Shown: one piece after another, positions 10,875 to 21,216 of the stretch
Layout: every line of letters starts with the position of its first letter
Position numbering within the stretch: the stretch's first letter is position 1
DNA from: Bdellovibrio sp.
GTDB lineage: Bacteria; Bdellovibrionota; Bdellovibrionia; Bdellovibrionales; Bdellovibrionaceae
Direction: 5' to 3'
DNA: 64,000 bases
Assembly: GCA_036676395.1 (NCBI GenBank)
Contig: JAKFCY010000002.1
Span: forward strand, 1,728,001-1,792,000
Translations under genes and position numbers: made by a program
Notes under the pieces: generated by a model
What the model saw: the letters and a program-made list of their open reading frames with translations, nothing else
Told to the model about the DNA's origin: nothing
The model's database searches: none

Positions 10875-11474
10875 TTATTTGGTTTTTTCGATAAACAAAT
10901 AAAACTGTGAATCCAAATATCTTCTCATAAAAAAATACGGAGCTGGCGTTTTCATTTTTTTTCTGACTTCACGCACACTGACCGGGCGCACACATTTAAA
11001 CTCAAGAATTTTTTCAGCTTCACAAAGTTCAGAAACTTCTTCGCCGCGTTCAAAATATTGAATGTAAATTTCGACACTTGGTTCGGTTTTTATTTTTTGC
11101 GCTAGCTCTGCAGGCAGCGGCGTATTTAGAACTTGAATATACCAACAGTTTTCAGTGCAATTTGTTTGTGGAGCTATGCGAAGATCAAAAAACGAAGGCT
11201 TGCTGTTAGTTTGATAATAAGAAAGTGTACTTTCAGGAATATGCGTAAAAGGCTCATCTTCTATACCCATATACCAAATTACATTTTTAGCTGTTTGAAA
11301 ATCCGGAAACAAACGAAGTGCGATTGACTTTGCAATAAGTTCTGGCGCCGTGCCGATCTCTGTTGGGGCGATGACTCCCGCAGGGCGAAGTGCTGCACCT
11401 TGCTTCACTAGATAAAGCATTACACCAGAACCAATTAGAACAGCTGCCACAAGTAGAGAGATAACTATTTTCAT
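10875..11474 (-). CDS. Hypothetical membrane-anchored protein
   Basis: 199-aa ORF with N-terminal TM helix. Confidence 0.6.
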   Translation of the reverse strand: MKIVISLLVAAVLIGSGVMLYLVKQGAALRPAGVIAPTEIGTAPELIAKSIALRLFPDFQTAKNVIWYMGIEDEPFTHIPESTLSYYQTNSKPSFFDLRIAPQTNCTENCWYIQVLNTPLPAELAQKIKTEPSVEIYIQYFERGEEVSELCEAEKILEFKCVRPVSVREVRKKMKTPAPYFFMRRYLDSQFYLFIEKTK

Positions 11475-11611
11475 ACAAAATTAAATCTACAGTACTTTTT
11501 CTCAGAATAAATGCCGCTCCTTGCTAAACAACTTTCTAAGTAGAGTTGCTGATTTTTTAGAGCGCTCATATTAGCTGACATCATACCTATGACAGATTAT
11601 CCTGAATTTCT

Positions 11612-12730
11612 ATGGAGAATTCATCTAATACAGAACAAGCAAAGTTTGAGGCCGTTTTTTACGGCACCGAAGCTCCATTAGTCATCTTCACCGGCCCTGA
11701 GATGGCCTATGAAATGCTGAACGACACTTATCAATCGATTTATCCGGGCCGCGAGCTTTTAGGCAAACCACTTCTTGAGGCCGTTCCTGAACTCGCCCAC
11801 TCACCTTTTCCGGGTATCTTAAAAAAAGTTTATGAAACCGGAGAAAATTTCATTTCGCATGAAGGTGTTGTTTATCTCAAAAATGAAATGACCGGCAAAA
11901 CAGAAGAGCGCTACTTCGACACCACATTTTCGCGTATTGATTACGGCGACGGGCAATTTCGCATCCTTGCAACACCCAAAGAAGTCACAGAAAAAGTTTT
12001 TGCCCGCAAAAAACTTGAACAAAGTTTAGTTGAATTAGAAGTTGAAAAAGAATTACGTGAAAAATTTGTTTCAGCACTGACTCACGACTTGCGAACACCA
12101 CTTGCAGTGATAAAATTGAGTGCGCAAGTTTTAAAAATGAAAAACGTTGATGCGCAAGCTCTTAATAAGAGCGTTCATCGCATATTGAGCAACACTGACC
12201 GGGCCGATCGCATGATTCATAATCTACTTGATGCCAATCGCTTAAAAGCCAACGAAGGCTTATCAGTCGTTGCTCAGGAATGCCAGCTTGAAGAAGTCAT
12301 CGAGTACGCTATCAATGACCTCGAAGATCTTTATGGCAAAAGATTTGTGATAGATAATTCTATCGGTAAAATCAAAGTCTACTGGGATAACATGGCTGTC
12401 CATCGATTGATTGAAAACCTGGCCAGCAATGCCATTAAATACGGTTCAGAAAACACCCCCGTCACGATCAGAATCAAACGCGACGGCGATTGGCTGGAAG
12501 TCAGAGTCCACAATTTGGGTAATCCAATTTCTGCTGAAGACCAAAAACTACTTTTTCACACCTATCAAAGAACTGAATGCGCCAAGGCCAGCAAACAAAA
12601 AGGCTGGGGCATCGGGCTGTCGCTTGTTCAGGGATTAGCGCAAGCCCATAGCGGCTCGATTTCACTTGAAAGCTGTGCCGATCACGGGACCTCGTTCATC
12701 GTTCGTCTTCCGATAGATGCGCGAAAATAA
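11612..12730 (+). CDS. PAS-domain sensor histidine kinase
   Basis: LLGKPLLEAVPEL PAS segment; LTHDLRTPL; NAIKYG; GWGIGL. Confidence 0.9.
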   Translation: MENSSNTEQAKFEAVFYGTEAPLVIFTGPEMAYEMLNDTYQSIYPGRELLGKPLLEAVPELAHSPFPGILKKVYETGENFISHEGVVYLKNEMTGKTEERYFDTTFSRIDYGDGQFRILATPKEVTEKVFARKKLEQSLVELEVEKELREKFVSALTHDLRTPLAVIKLSAQVLKMKNVDAQALNKSVHRILSNTDRADRMIHNLLDANRLKANEGLSVVAQECQLEEVIEYAINDLEDLYGKRFVIDNSIGKIKVYWDNMAVHRLIENLASNAIKYGSENTPVTIRIKRDGDWLEVRVHNLGNPISAEDQKLLFHTYQRTECAKASKQKGWGIGLSLVQGLAQAHSGSISLESCADHGTSFIVRLPIDARK

Positions 12731-12742
12731 TTTATTATAAAA

Positions 12743-13894
12743 TTAAGTGAGCCCTAAATAGCCCATGACTGCTGCGGCAAGAATCAACCACGCTGAATTT
12801 AATTTGAACCGCACAAGCAAAACTAAACTTACAGCAAGCATAAGACCGAAATACATTGAAATATCGCTTGATCGAAATAGTAAAATCGAAGCTCCCAGCA
12901 TTAAGCTTAAAGAAGAAATATTCAATCCATCAAGAACATATGAAATTTTTTTTGATTTTCTAAGCCTTGGTAAAAATGGTGCGCTTAACGCCACGAATAC
13001 GAAGGCTGGTAGAAATATACCTAAAGTTGCCATGACTGCACCTAAATTTCCGGCAATGACATAACCAATAAAGGTAGCGGTCGTGAATACCGGGCCAGGA
13101 GTAAACTGGCCAACTGCGATGGCATCAACAAGTTGCTGCTGATTAATCCATTGATACTTCATAACTAAATCACTTTGAAGAAAAGCGACAAGCACATATC
13201 CACTACCGAATAAGACTGAACCAATTTTAGCAAAATAAAAAAAGAGTTGGTTTATGGATGCATTATTTAGTGACGCCACGAAGCTAGCGGCTTTTGCCCC
13301 TGGTTGATGTAGAAAAGTTCCCAACATCAAAACACTGTACCCAGAAAAACTGTTTCGTTCGCGCCATATTAAATTCAATACGGCCGCAGAAAACAAAATA
13401 ACTAACTCATTTACACCAAACACATAAGCTACTAACGAACCAGCTGCCAAAACAAAATGGCCAATATCTTTAACGGCTGATTTTGAAAGGTTATAGACCG
13501 CATGAAATATAATTGCGATGATCACGGGAACAGTAGCTGCAAAGATAGCTTTAAAGGCTGGTAATGAGCCAAACTTCATATAGAACCAGGCTATCGCCCA
13601 TACAATTAAAAAGGCCGGTAAAATAAAACACACCCCCGCAGCGACAAGTCCACGCCACCCTGCTTTTTTGTGCCCGATATGAATCGCTAATTCTGTCGAA
13701 TTCGGACCAGGAATAAGATTTGTTGCTCCCAGCAAATCCAAAAACTCTTCTTTAGAAAGCCATTTTTTCTTTTGCACAAGATCGCTTTCCATCATCGCAA
13801 TATGAGCCGCCGGGCCACCGAATGCAGTGGTTCCAAGTTTTAAAAAACTGAGCGCTATTTCTTTAATTGAAACTGGCTTGTCGTTAGCATTCAT
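12743..13894 (-). CDS. chrA: Chromate efflux transporter (CHR family)
   Basis: FLKLGTTAFGGPAAH, IPGPNSTE, FGSGYVL, GQFTPGPV; start set at ATG 13894. Confidence 0.92.
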   Translation of the reverse strand: MNANDKPVSIKEIALSFLKLGTTAFGGPAAHIAMMESDLVQKKKWLSKEEFLDLLGATNLIPGPNSTELAIHIGHKKAGWRGLVAAGVCFILPAFLIVWAIAWFYMKFGSLPAFKAIFAATVPVIIAIIFHAVYNLSKSAVKDIGHFVLAAGSLVAYVFGVNELVILFSAAVLNLIWRERNSFSGYSVLMLGTFLHQPGAKAASFVASLNNASINQLFFYFAKIGSVLFGSGYVLVAFLQSDLVMKYQWINQQQLVDAIAVGQFTPGPVFTTATFIGYVIAGNLGAVMATLGIFLPAFVFVALSAPFLPRLRKSKKISYVLDGLNISSLSLMLGASILLFRSSDISMYFGLMLAVSLVLLVRFKLNSAWLILAAAVMGYLGLT

Positions 13895-14387
13895 AAAGTA
13901 ATTTAGACTTCTGTACGTTAATTGACTTATTTTTTGGTATTTCAGCAAAAAACTCCAGCTGCCAAGTTTGGGTCTTGCCGGCCTGCTTACTTTCAGCTTT
14001 ATCCCAAGGCGGATAAACTCTTAAGGCGCGCTTACCGCCTTTTCCGTTAACTGAAATCACGCCCTGCTTAATTAAAGCAGCTTTTGGAAAAACAAACTGA
14101 CCGAAATTATTTTTTTCTTTAACAATCACGATCAACAAATCGATATCGTCAGAACTATCATAGGGCTGAATACTTTTTGCAGATGGTCGCTTCCAAAAAG
14201 TAACAAATTGTCCGACTTTAGTTGGAGTAATCTTAGCATGCCGGTAATGCACAGATTTTTTATTAAGCTTAAAGGTGTGCGCGCAATACTCTGAACTTTC
14301 ATCTTCTTTTTGCAACTTAGAAACTTTGAATTTACAAACTTCAAAGACTTGTTTTCGTAAAATATTAAAAGTAGCCGAAAAATCCAT
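13884..14387 (-). CDS. MepB family protein
   Basis: AKITPTKVGQFVTFWKR, GQFVFPK, GGKRALRVYPPWD, KTQTWQ. Confidence 0.85.
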   Translation of the reverse strand: MDFSATFNILRKQVFEVCKFKVSKLQKEDESSEYCAHTFKLNKKSVHYRHAKITPTKVGQFVTFWKRPSAKSIQPYDSSDDIDLLIVIVKEKNNFGQFVFPKAALIKQGVISVNGKGGKRALRVYPPWDKAESKQAGKTQTWQLEFFAEIPKNKSINVQKSKLLYEC

Positions 14388-14669
14388 AATCTAACCTTAT
14401 TAGGAATTTAAAGTTTTGAGAACAGTTGAATTTTATCTGGAAGAAAAAAAGGCGTGTTCTTAACAGCTGGGCTGAATTGCTGGCTTTTTGCACAATATTG
14501 AACTATCGCAAACTGCTTATGAAATTAATAAGAAATTACAATTTTTGCAGATCGATCACATTTTTCGATATGACTGTCGTAAAGCTAATCTCCATCGCTT
14601 ATAACCTTAAAGTTCTGGAATTAATCTTGCACAACTCTTTATAACAACTTTCTAGCTTGGGAACTGACA

Positions 14670-15272
14670 TTGTATCAATTTAAGACGATTTTAACCGCAT
14701 TTATATTTCTATTTGTAGGATTTATTCTATCGCCCTCTCGCGTTCTGGCTAAGCCAGCTGGCCAATGCATTCAGCTTTTTGCTGCGGTCAACGTGTCGGA
14801 AAGTGCTGTGTTTGTGCTTGGACTAGATACAAATCTGAATTCATTTACTGAATATATAAAGGGTCAAACAGAGCTTGGCGTTTTTAACTACCGCACGATG
14901 AAAAATTTTATCAGTGAACGTGAATCATTAACTCAGCAGCTACTTAAAGATGTTTCGCTGCAAGATAAATACAGAACTGCCGAAGAATGGGCGCCCGTGT
15001 TTCAAAAAATAGTGCTAAATTTGATTCGCTTACCAAATCCAGAAAAGCCAATACTGTTCAATTTAGATGGTTACAATCTGCGCGAGCTTGTACATTTTCA
15101 ACAAGGAATCGTGCATCGAAAAACGAACTTCACTAATGTAGAGCTTATATTCATACTTTCAAACCCAGATGTCTTTAAACAAGTACGTTGGTTTTTATAT
15201 GACCGTGAACTTTCAAAAGCTGAAACCGAAAAGTTATTTAAAGATATAAATCCAAATCTATTCTTAGATTAA
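14670..15272 (+). CDS. Secreted hypothetical protein
   Basis: Signal peptide; candidate GG-N10-GC promoter at 14616-14631. Confidence 0.6.
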   Translation: MYQFKTILTAFIFLFVGFILSPSRVLAKPAGQCIQLFAAVNVSESAVFVLGLDTNLNSFTEYIKGQTELGVFNYRTMKNFISERESLTQQLLKDVSLQDKYRTAEEWAPVFQKIVLNLIRLPNPEKPILFNLDGYNLRELVHFQQGIVHRKTNFTNVELIFILSNPDVFKQVRWFLYDRELSKAETEKLFKDINPNLFLD

Positions 15273-15277
15273 GAGTG

Positions 15278-15805
15278 TCAAAGGCGATAGGCCTTTTCAA
15301 GGCTTAAAGCCGCTGCAGAGGCATGGGCTGAGGTCAAAAATGGTGCTGTCACCAGCCCATGAATAAAAGCGTGAATAACAATGATGTCTTCTTCTGGTAA
15401 GTTTGAAAATATTTGTTTAAGCAAGGCTTGAAATTTCTTTTCGGTTTGTATCAATTCTAATTTTATCCACGAATCTTGGGTGCGCCACTTTTGATAAAAT
15501 AAAACAATCTCAAAGTTTTTTATTAAAAAATTACGCGTAAATTCAATGCGTTGATGAAATGGCATTGGCTTTTCTTCATCTCTGAAGCCGTAAAATTCAA
15601 AAGTAAAAATCTGTAACGAGTTTTTTAGTATTTCTTCTTTTGTGCTTCCCAAATAGCGATAAATCAATGAACGACTTACTTTTGATTTTGCCTCTAGCTC
15701 TGTGACTTTCCACTTTAAGTGCCCCTTGCTGGATTCAAGCTTTAAAACACTGACCGATAACTTTAGCAAAGTGGCTTCTTTTTTTGGTAATACGGTGGCT
15801 TTCAT
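15278..15805 (-). CDS. TetR/AcrR-like transcriptional regulator
   Basis: VTELEAKSKVSRSLIYRYLGSTKEEIL HTH. Confidence 0.7.
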   Translation of the reverse strand: MKATVLPKKEATLLKLSVSVLKLESSKGHLKWKVTELEAKSKVSRSLIYRYLGSTKEEILKNSLQIFTFEFYGFRDEEKPMPFHQRIEFTRNFLIKNFEIVLFYQKWRTQDSWIKLELIQTEKKFQALLKQIFSNLPEEDIIVIHAFIHGLVTAPFLTSAHASAAALSLEKAYRL

Positions 15806-15924
15806 GATCCTATGATATGAAGCTCTGAGCCAAAAGAATAGGTCAAAAATCGCGAAAAGTGTAGACTCTATATTCTCGCAAAAAAAGCGTAAAATGCTAA
15901 CGTCTTAAAAAAAAGGAAGTTCCT

Positions 15925-16404
15925 ATGAAAAACATTTTAATCAGTTCAGTTGTACTAACATTTATCAGCATCAATGCTGCTGCCGCAGTGAGTGATAATC
16001 TTACACCTTTTGTAAGCTATTCAGGTAATTACACCGTGTTTGTTGAAACTGGCTCATATTGCTCGCAGGCTTATCAGTCTTTACAATTAGAAATTAAGCC
16101 AAATCAACAAACTGTTACCGAAACTTTCATAGGCGAGGGCGCTATGCACGGCCAACCGACAGCCGGCGTACAAGATTTTTCAGTCAGTGTAAATGACACC
16201 TACGAACTGCCAAGTTCTACAGGCCGCAGACTTCAGCGCGTCGTTGTAAAAAAACAAGCTATCATCGTTCAAGAGTCTACATTTGCTCCGCTTTTTGGCC
16301 TATTTGGAAAATGGAAAGACAACCAAGCTTTATTAACATTTCATAAAGATGGAGCTATCTCTGTTTACCGTGGTGGCTATAACTGTAAATTTATCAGAGA
16401 CTAA
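15925..16404 (+). CDS. Secreted hypothetical protein
   Basis: Signal peptide, AAGGAAG RBS, Cys pair. Confidence 0.6.
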   Translation: MKNILISSVVLTFISINAAAAVSDNLTPFVSYSGNYTVFVETGSYCSQAYQSLQLEIKPNQQTVTETFIGEGAMHGQPTAGVQDFSVSVNDTYELPSSTGRRLQRVVVKKQAIIVQESTFAPLFGLFGKWKDNQALLTFHKDGAISVYRGGYNCKFIRD

Positions 16405-17817
16405 TCACTTCATATAAGAGGCTTTATATTTACGACCCTTGATTTTATTTGTGGTGAGTTTTTGCAAGGCCTTGCCTGCGACAGAAAAAGAAACCGCCAC
16501 ATACGTAAATGTATCGTGAAGTTCGATTTTTCCGATATCAACAGCGGCGATGGCCTGGGGCTGCGAAGTCAGGGTGCCGATAATATCTCCGGGACGAAGT
16601 TTATCTTTACGGCCACCAGAAATATAAATCATTTTCATTTTTGGTTGCTGTAAGGTTTTTGCGATAACGGCTTTACCTTTTAAATTCAGTTCAAAACGAT
16701 TAAATGGTTTTCCGATCACCCGTTCAAGTTCTTCTACTTTAGTTGCCTCAAAAGCATCGGCAATTGAAACAGCAACACCTTTTTTACCAGCGCGGCCAGT
16801 GCGGCCAATACGATGAAGATAAATATCGGTCGTCGACGGTAAATCAAAATTAATTACTAATTCTAAATGATCGATATCAATTCCGCGGGCTGCTACATCT
16901 GTTGCAACCAATACACGCAAACTGCCACTGCGAAAACGAGCCATCGTCTGATCACGTTGCACCTGCTCAAGATCGCCATGCAATGCACTTGTTGCGACAT
17001 CAGCCTCACGCAAAAGTTCGTTGATTTCAGCAACAGAAGCTTTGGTGCGACAAAAAATCAAAACGCTGTTCGCTGGATGTTGTTGAAGAATTCGCATAAG
17101 AGTATCGATTTTTTCAGATTTTTCTGCAGTGTAAAGAAATTGTTCGATCAGCGGGGTAGATTTTGTTTCTTGCAAAACACTGACGGTCTCTGGATTTTTT
17201 TGATATTTCAAGCTCAGCTGTTCAATGCTTTCAGGAAAGGTCGCAGAAAAAAAGACAGTCTGTCTTTTTGAAGGTAATAGTTCAATAATTTGCGTGACCT
17301 CTTCAGTGAAGCCTTCATCTAACATTCGATCAGCTTCATCTAAGACCAAAGTTTTTAAATCTGACTGATCAAAAAGTCTATTTTTTAAAAACTCTAAAGT
17401 ACGCCCTGGAGTACCTACAATAATTTGTGCCCCCATTTCTAAAGACTTAATTTGTGCTGCCGAAGATTGGCCGCCAACTAAAGCCATTACTTGAATATTT
17501 TTAAGGCCTTTAGAAAATTTACGAATCTCTTGCAGAATTTGTTCACACAGTTCGCGGGTCGGAGCTAAAATTAAAGCTTGTGGGGTTTTATCGTCTTTAC
17601 GTATTTTTTGTAAAATCGGAAGCGCAAAAGCTGCAGTCTTGCCGCTTCCGGTTTGTGATCTTCCAACCAGATCATGGCCTTCTAATAAAAGAGGAATACT
17701 TGCCGCTTGAATCGGGGTCATTTGCACATAGCCCAAATTTTGGATCGAGGCTAAAATCTCTGCAGATAATTTTAAACGTTTGAAGCTGTTTGAATCCATT
17801 TCATTAATGTAATTCAA
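16405..17817 (-). CDS. dbpA: DEAD-box RNA helicase DbpA
   Basis: QTGSGKT, DEAD, SAT, HRIGRTGRAG, C-terminal GGRKDKLRPGDI RNA-binding domain. Confidence 0.92.
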   Translation of the reverse strand: MNYINEMDSNSFKRLKLSAEILASIQNLGYVQMTPIQAASIPLLLEGHDLVGRSQTGSGKTAAFALPILQKIRKDDKTPQALILAPTRELCEQILQEIRKFSKGLKNIQVMALVGGQSSAAQIKSLEMGAQIIVGTPGRTLEFLKNRLFDQSDLKTLVLDEADRMLDEGFTEEVTQIIELLPSKRQTVFFSATFPESIEQLSLKYQKNPETVSVLQETKSTPLIEQFLYTAEKSEKIDTLMRILQQHPANSVLIFCRTKASVAEINELLREADVATSALHGDLEQVQRDQTMARFRSGSLRVLVATDVAARGIDIDHLELVINFDLPSTTDIYLHRIGRTGRAGKKGVAVSIADAFEATKVEELERVIGKPFNRFELNLKGKAVIAKTLQQPKMKMIYISGGRKDKLRPGDIIGTLTSQPQAIAAVDIGKIELHDTFTYVAVSFSVAGKALQKLTTNKIKGRKYKASYMK

Positions 17818-17918
17818 ATAATGCAGTATAGATAATGTTTTTACCCTAAATCTGTGGTTTTTTGGGACAAATTTCTGGTTAAAAGCCTACACTAATAATT
17901 GCAGTTTAAAGTCGCTAA

Positions 17919-18425
17919 ATGTCAGAAATAAACATACGACAACTTACAGAAAATGATTGGCCCTTGTACCGCGAAATTCGCTTAGAAGCCCTTGCGCACG
18001 AGCCTGAGTTTTTTACGACCTGCGAAAATGAAGCAAACTTTATTTCAGAAAACTGGATTGAACATATAACCAATAAAAATGGGGCTATATTTGGGTTATT
18101 TCACAAAGGCCAGATTATTGGGGTTACCAGTATTCATCGCGAAAACGATGACCCCAAAAGCTACCGCGCCTGGATGGGATCAAGCTACATTAAACCCGAA
18201 TTTCGTGGCAATCATTTATCCGATTTACTTTTTGAGACCCGAATCGAATGGGCAAAAAAACAAGGCAACATCATTGCCTTAGTCGTAGCTCATCGTGAAA
18301 ACAATCAGGTTTCGAAAAAAGCTATTCAACATAATGGGTTTAAGTTTATTGGTTCACGCACAAAAACTTACTTAGACGGAAAACCCGCAGCATCTTTAGT
18401 TTACGAACGTGATTTAACTAAGTAA
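17919..18425 (+). CDS. GNAT family N-acetyltransferase
   Basis: IRLEAL, YIKPEFRGNHL, N..S..AIQHNGF. Confidence 0.82.
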   Translation: MSEINIRQLTENDWPLYREIRLEALAHEPEFFTTCENEANFISENWIEHITNKNGAIFGLFHKGQIIGVTSIHRENDDPKSYRAWMGSSYIKPEFRGNHLSDLLFETRIEWAKKQGNIIALVVAHRENNQVSKKAIQHNGFKFIGSRTKTYLDGKPAASLVYERDLTK

Positions 18426-18431
18426 GAATCC

Positions 18432-20759
18432 TTATAAGCCTGTCTTTTTCAATCTCAATGCATTTGCAATAACTGAAACAGAACTTAAACTCATGGCCGC
18501 TGCAGCTATCATCGGACTTAAAAGAACTCCGAAGTAGGGATAAAGAACACCTGCTGCGACAGGAACTCCTAAAGCATTATAAAAAAATGCAAAAAATAAA
18601 TTTTGCCTGATATTTCTGATAGTTCCTTCACTTAAAGCGCGCGCCCGCACGAGGCCAACCAGATCGCCCTTGATCAAAGTAATTCCGGCGCTTTGTATGG
18701 CCACATCTGTACCTGTACCCATAGCAATTCCCACCTGGGCTTGAGCTAATGCGGGAGCATCGTTAATTCCGTCGCCGGCCATTCCTACAAATCTTCCTTC
18801 AGCCTGCAATTTTTTAACAATGTCGGCTTTGCCTTGCGGCAAAACGTCTGCGAAATAACCATTAAGACCAACTTTATCTGCCACGACCTTAGCTGTCTTT
18901 TCGTTATCACCAGTAATCATTACAACTTTAACTCCAGCTTTACGTAATTGCTGAATAGCTGCGATCGTCGTCTCTTTGATGGGGTCGATGACTCCTAATA
19001 GCCCTGCGATCTTTCCATCGATCGCGACATACATGACTGTTTGCCCATCGCTGCGCAGTGAATTTGCTTCTGTTTCACTGTTGTCTAATGAAATTCCTAA
19101 ACCAGTAATTAGAGCTTTATTACCAATGGCTATTTTTTTACCTGAGATTACAGCAGTTGCACCCTTACCCGTAACCGATTTAAAATCTTCAACCGGCAAT
19201 AGAGAAATTTGTTTTTCTTTTGCTCCGTTTACTATCGCTGCGGCCAAGGGGTGTTCGCTGGCTCGTTCAAGACTTGCTGATAGCGAGAGAAGTTCTGTAT
19301 CAGTTAAAGAAAATGATCTTACAGTTACAAGTTTTGGTTTTCCTAAAGTTAAAGTTCCAGTTTTATCAATTACAAGCGTATCCACTTTTCTCATCAGTTC
19401 GATAGCTTCTGCATTTTTGAATAACACGCCCATCGTGGCGCCTCTGCCTGTGGCAACCATGATCGACATCGGAGTAGCCAACCCTAGCGCACACGGGCAG
19501 GCAATGATTAAAACAGCTACTGCATTGATGATCGCATGGGCGATCTTTGGTTCAGGCCCCCAAAAAGACCACACGGCAAAGGTAATCACTGCAGAAAAAA
19601 TAACCGCCGGCACAAAATACGCCGAGACCTGATCCACTAATTTTTGAATTGGTGCTCTTGATCTCTGCGCTTCTGCGACCATGTGAACTATTTGCGACAG
19701 TAAAGTATCTTTTCCAACTTTTTCGGCGCCGATAACTATTGATCCGGTGCCATTGATAGTTGCACCGATAACTTTGGTGTTGATCGTTTTTGCAACCGGA
19801 AAAGATTCTCCGGTAACCATTGATTCATCAATCGAAGTTTCTCCAACTAGAACGACTCCATCGACCGGAACTTTCTCTCCGGGCCTTACTCTTAGTTTAT
19901 CTCCAACTTGAATCAATTCAAGTGGTACATCTTTTTCAGTACCATCAGCAAATATTTTTCGTGCTTCTTTCGGAGCAAGTTGAAGCAGAGATTTTATTGC
20001 GGCACTGGTTTGGCCGCGGGCTTTTAGCTCTAAGACCTGACCTAAAAGAACCAGAGCCACAATCACTGATGCAGCTTCAAAATACAAACCTACTTCGCCA
20101 GACATCGGATCCAAAAAAGAATCCGGAAAAATATTCGGAAATAAAACCGCCACAAAACTATAAAGATAAGCCACGGCAACTCCGAGGCCAATCAAAGTAA
20201 ACATATTCAAGGATTTATTTTTTAGCGACTGCCAAAATTTTTCAAAAAAGGGCCAGCCACACCAAAGCACGACAGGAGTCGCAAGTGCTAATTCAACATA
20301 TTTAAAAAAACCGTGCGCGTTAGAAAAAAAATGTTTTCCGCCCATAGCTAAAAACACAAGTGGAAGACTGAGTAAAGCGCTTATCCAAAACCGCTTTTTC
20401 ATAATAAGATATTCAGAATTATCATCTTCTTGATTTGCCGATAACTCTGCAGGCTCTAAGGCCATTCCGCAAATGGGGCAACTGCCAGGGCCCTTTTGTC
20501 TAATCTCGGGATGCATAGGACAGGTATATTCAACATCGCTTTGAGCTGGTTTTTGCTTTTCTTCAGACGATAAATATCTCTGCGGTTCTTGTTCAAACTT
20601 GCTCTTACATTTAATGCTGCAAAAGTGATAGTCGTGGCCTTGAAAAACAACGTGACCGCCTTTTGCATTTTGCGGATTAACTTTCATACCACAAACAGGA
20701 TCAGTAACAGTTCCAGACTGAGCATAATTTGAATGTTGATGAGACGCGTGTTCGTTCAT
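18432..20759 (-). CDS. copA: Cu(I)-translocating P1B-type ATPase with YHS and metal-binding N-terminal domains
   Basis: DPVCGM, YTCPMHP, TGES, CPCALGLATP, DKTGT, GDGINDAP, YN and MSLSS motifs. Confidence 0.93.
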   Translation of the reverse strand: MNEHASHQHSNYAQSGTVTDPVCGMKVNPQNAKGGHVVFQGHDYHFCSIKCKSKFEQEPQRYLSSEEKQKPAQSDVEYTCPMHPEIRQKGPGSCPICGMALEPAELSANQEDDNSEYLIMKKRFWISALLSLPLVFLAMGGKHFFSNAHGFFKYVELALATPVVLWCGWPFFEKFWQSLKNKSLNMFTLIGLGVAVAYLYSFVAVLFPNIFPDSFLDPMSGEVGLYFEAASVIVALVLLGQVLELKARGQTSAAIKSLLQLAPKEARKIFADGTEKDVPLELIQVGDKLRVRPGEKVPVDGVVLVGETSIDESMVTGESFPVAKTINTKVIGATINGTGSIVIGAEKVGKDTLLSQIVHMVAEAQRSRAPIQKLVDQVSAYFVPAVIFSAVITFAVWSFWGPEPKIAHAIINAVAVLIIACPCALGLATPMSIMVATGRGATMGVLFKNAEAIELMRKVDTLVIDKTGTLTLGKPKLVTVRSFSLTDTELLSLSASLERASEHPLAAAIVNGAKEKQISLLPVEDFKSVTGKGATAVISGKKIAIGNKALITGLGISLDNSETEANSLRSDGQTVMYVAIDGKIAGLLGVIDPIKETTIAAIQQLRKAGVKVVMITGDNEKTAKVVADKVGLNGYFADVLPQGKADIVKKLQAEGRFVGMAGDGINDAPALAQAQVGIAMGTGTDVAIQSAGITLIKGDLVGLVRARALSEGTIRNIRQNLFFAFFYNALGVPVAAGVLYPYFGVLLSPMIAAAAMSLSSVSVIANALRLKKTGL

Positions 20760-20796
20760 ATTTTTCCTTTATCGAGATAATATTATTGGTAGCAAG

Positions 20797-20812
20797 TGGC
20801 ATACCGCGTGCA
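20797..20812 (+). promoter_or_regulatory. Candidate sigma54 promoter
   Basis: TGGCATACCGCGTGCA, GG-N10-GC, upstream of 20924. Confidence 0.5.
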
Positions 20813-20865
20813 AGTAGAGCTATAAACGAACTCATGAATTGTTAAAGATCATCTCATGAAAAACT

Positions 20866-20903
20866 TGTGACGATTTGTCATTTTTAACCGACAAATCGTC
20901 ACA
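20866..20903. promoter_or_regulatory. Perfect 14-bp inverted repeat, CusR/CopR-box-like operator
   Basis: TGTGACGATTTGTC-N10-GACAAATCGTCACA between copA and the Met-rich gene. Confidence 0.65.
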
Positions 20904-20923
20904 TAAAATATAAAGGAAAAACC

Positions 20924-21193
20924 ATGAATCAAACAATAAAATCAGCTCTAGCGGCTTTTGCATTAACTGGACTACTGACTGTTGTAAGCAGCGCCGACGA
21001 AGTAAAAAAAGACGACAAGTCTGAAATGGGTATGATGCAAAAAATGGATATGAAACACATGCACAGCATGATGGACGAATGCATGAATACGCAGAAAGAT
21101 AAAAAAATGTGTAAACACGACATGATGGAAAAATGCGAAAAACAAATGTCTAAAGACGAATGCACTAAAATGATGAAAAAAGTTAAAAAATAA
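20924..21193 (+). CDS. Small secreted Met/His/Cys-rich putative metal-binding protein
   Basis: Signal peptide; MGMMQKMDMKHMHSMMDEC...; divergent from copA. Confidence 0.7.
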   Translation: MNQTIKSALAAFALTGLLTVVSSADEVKKDDKSEMGMMQKMDMKHMHSMMDECMNTQKDKKMCKHDMMEKCEKQMSKDECTKMMKKVKK

Positions 21194-21216
21194 ATTCTCG
21201 TGGTTGATGTTATAAA

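Noticed and set aside
14426..14644. 72-aa ORF in a divergent intergenic region
   Set aside because: TTG start, no RBS or motif; overlaps likely promoter DNA.
18976..19632. 218-aa antisense ORF inside copA, and similar short shadow ORFs throughout
   Set aside because: They lie opposite or within well-supported genes and have no motifs.
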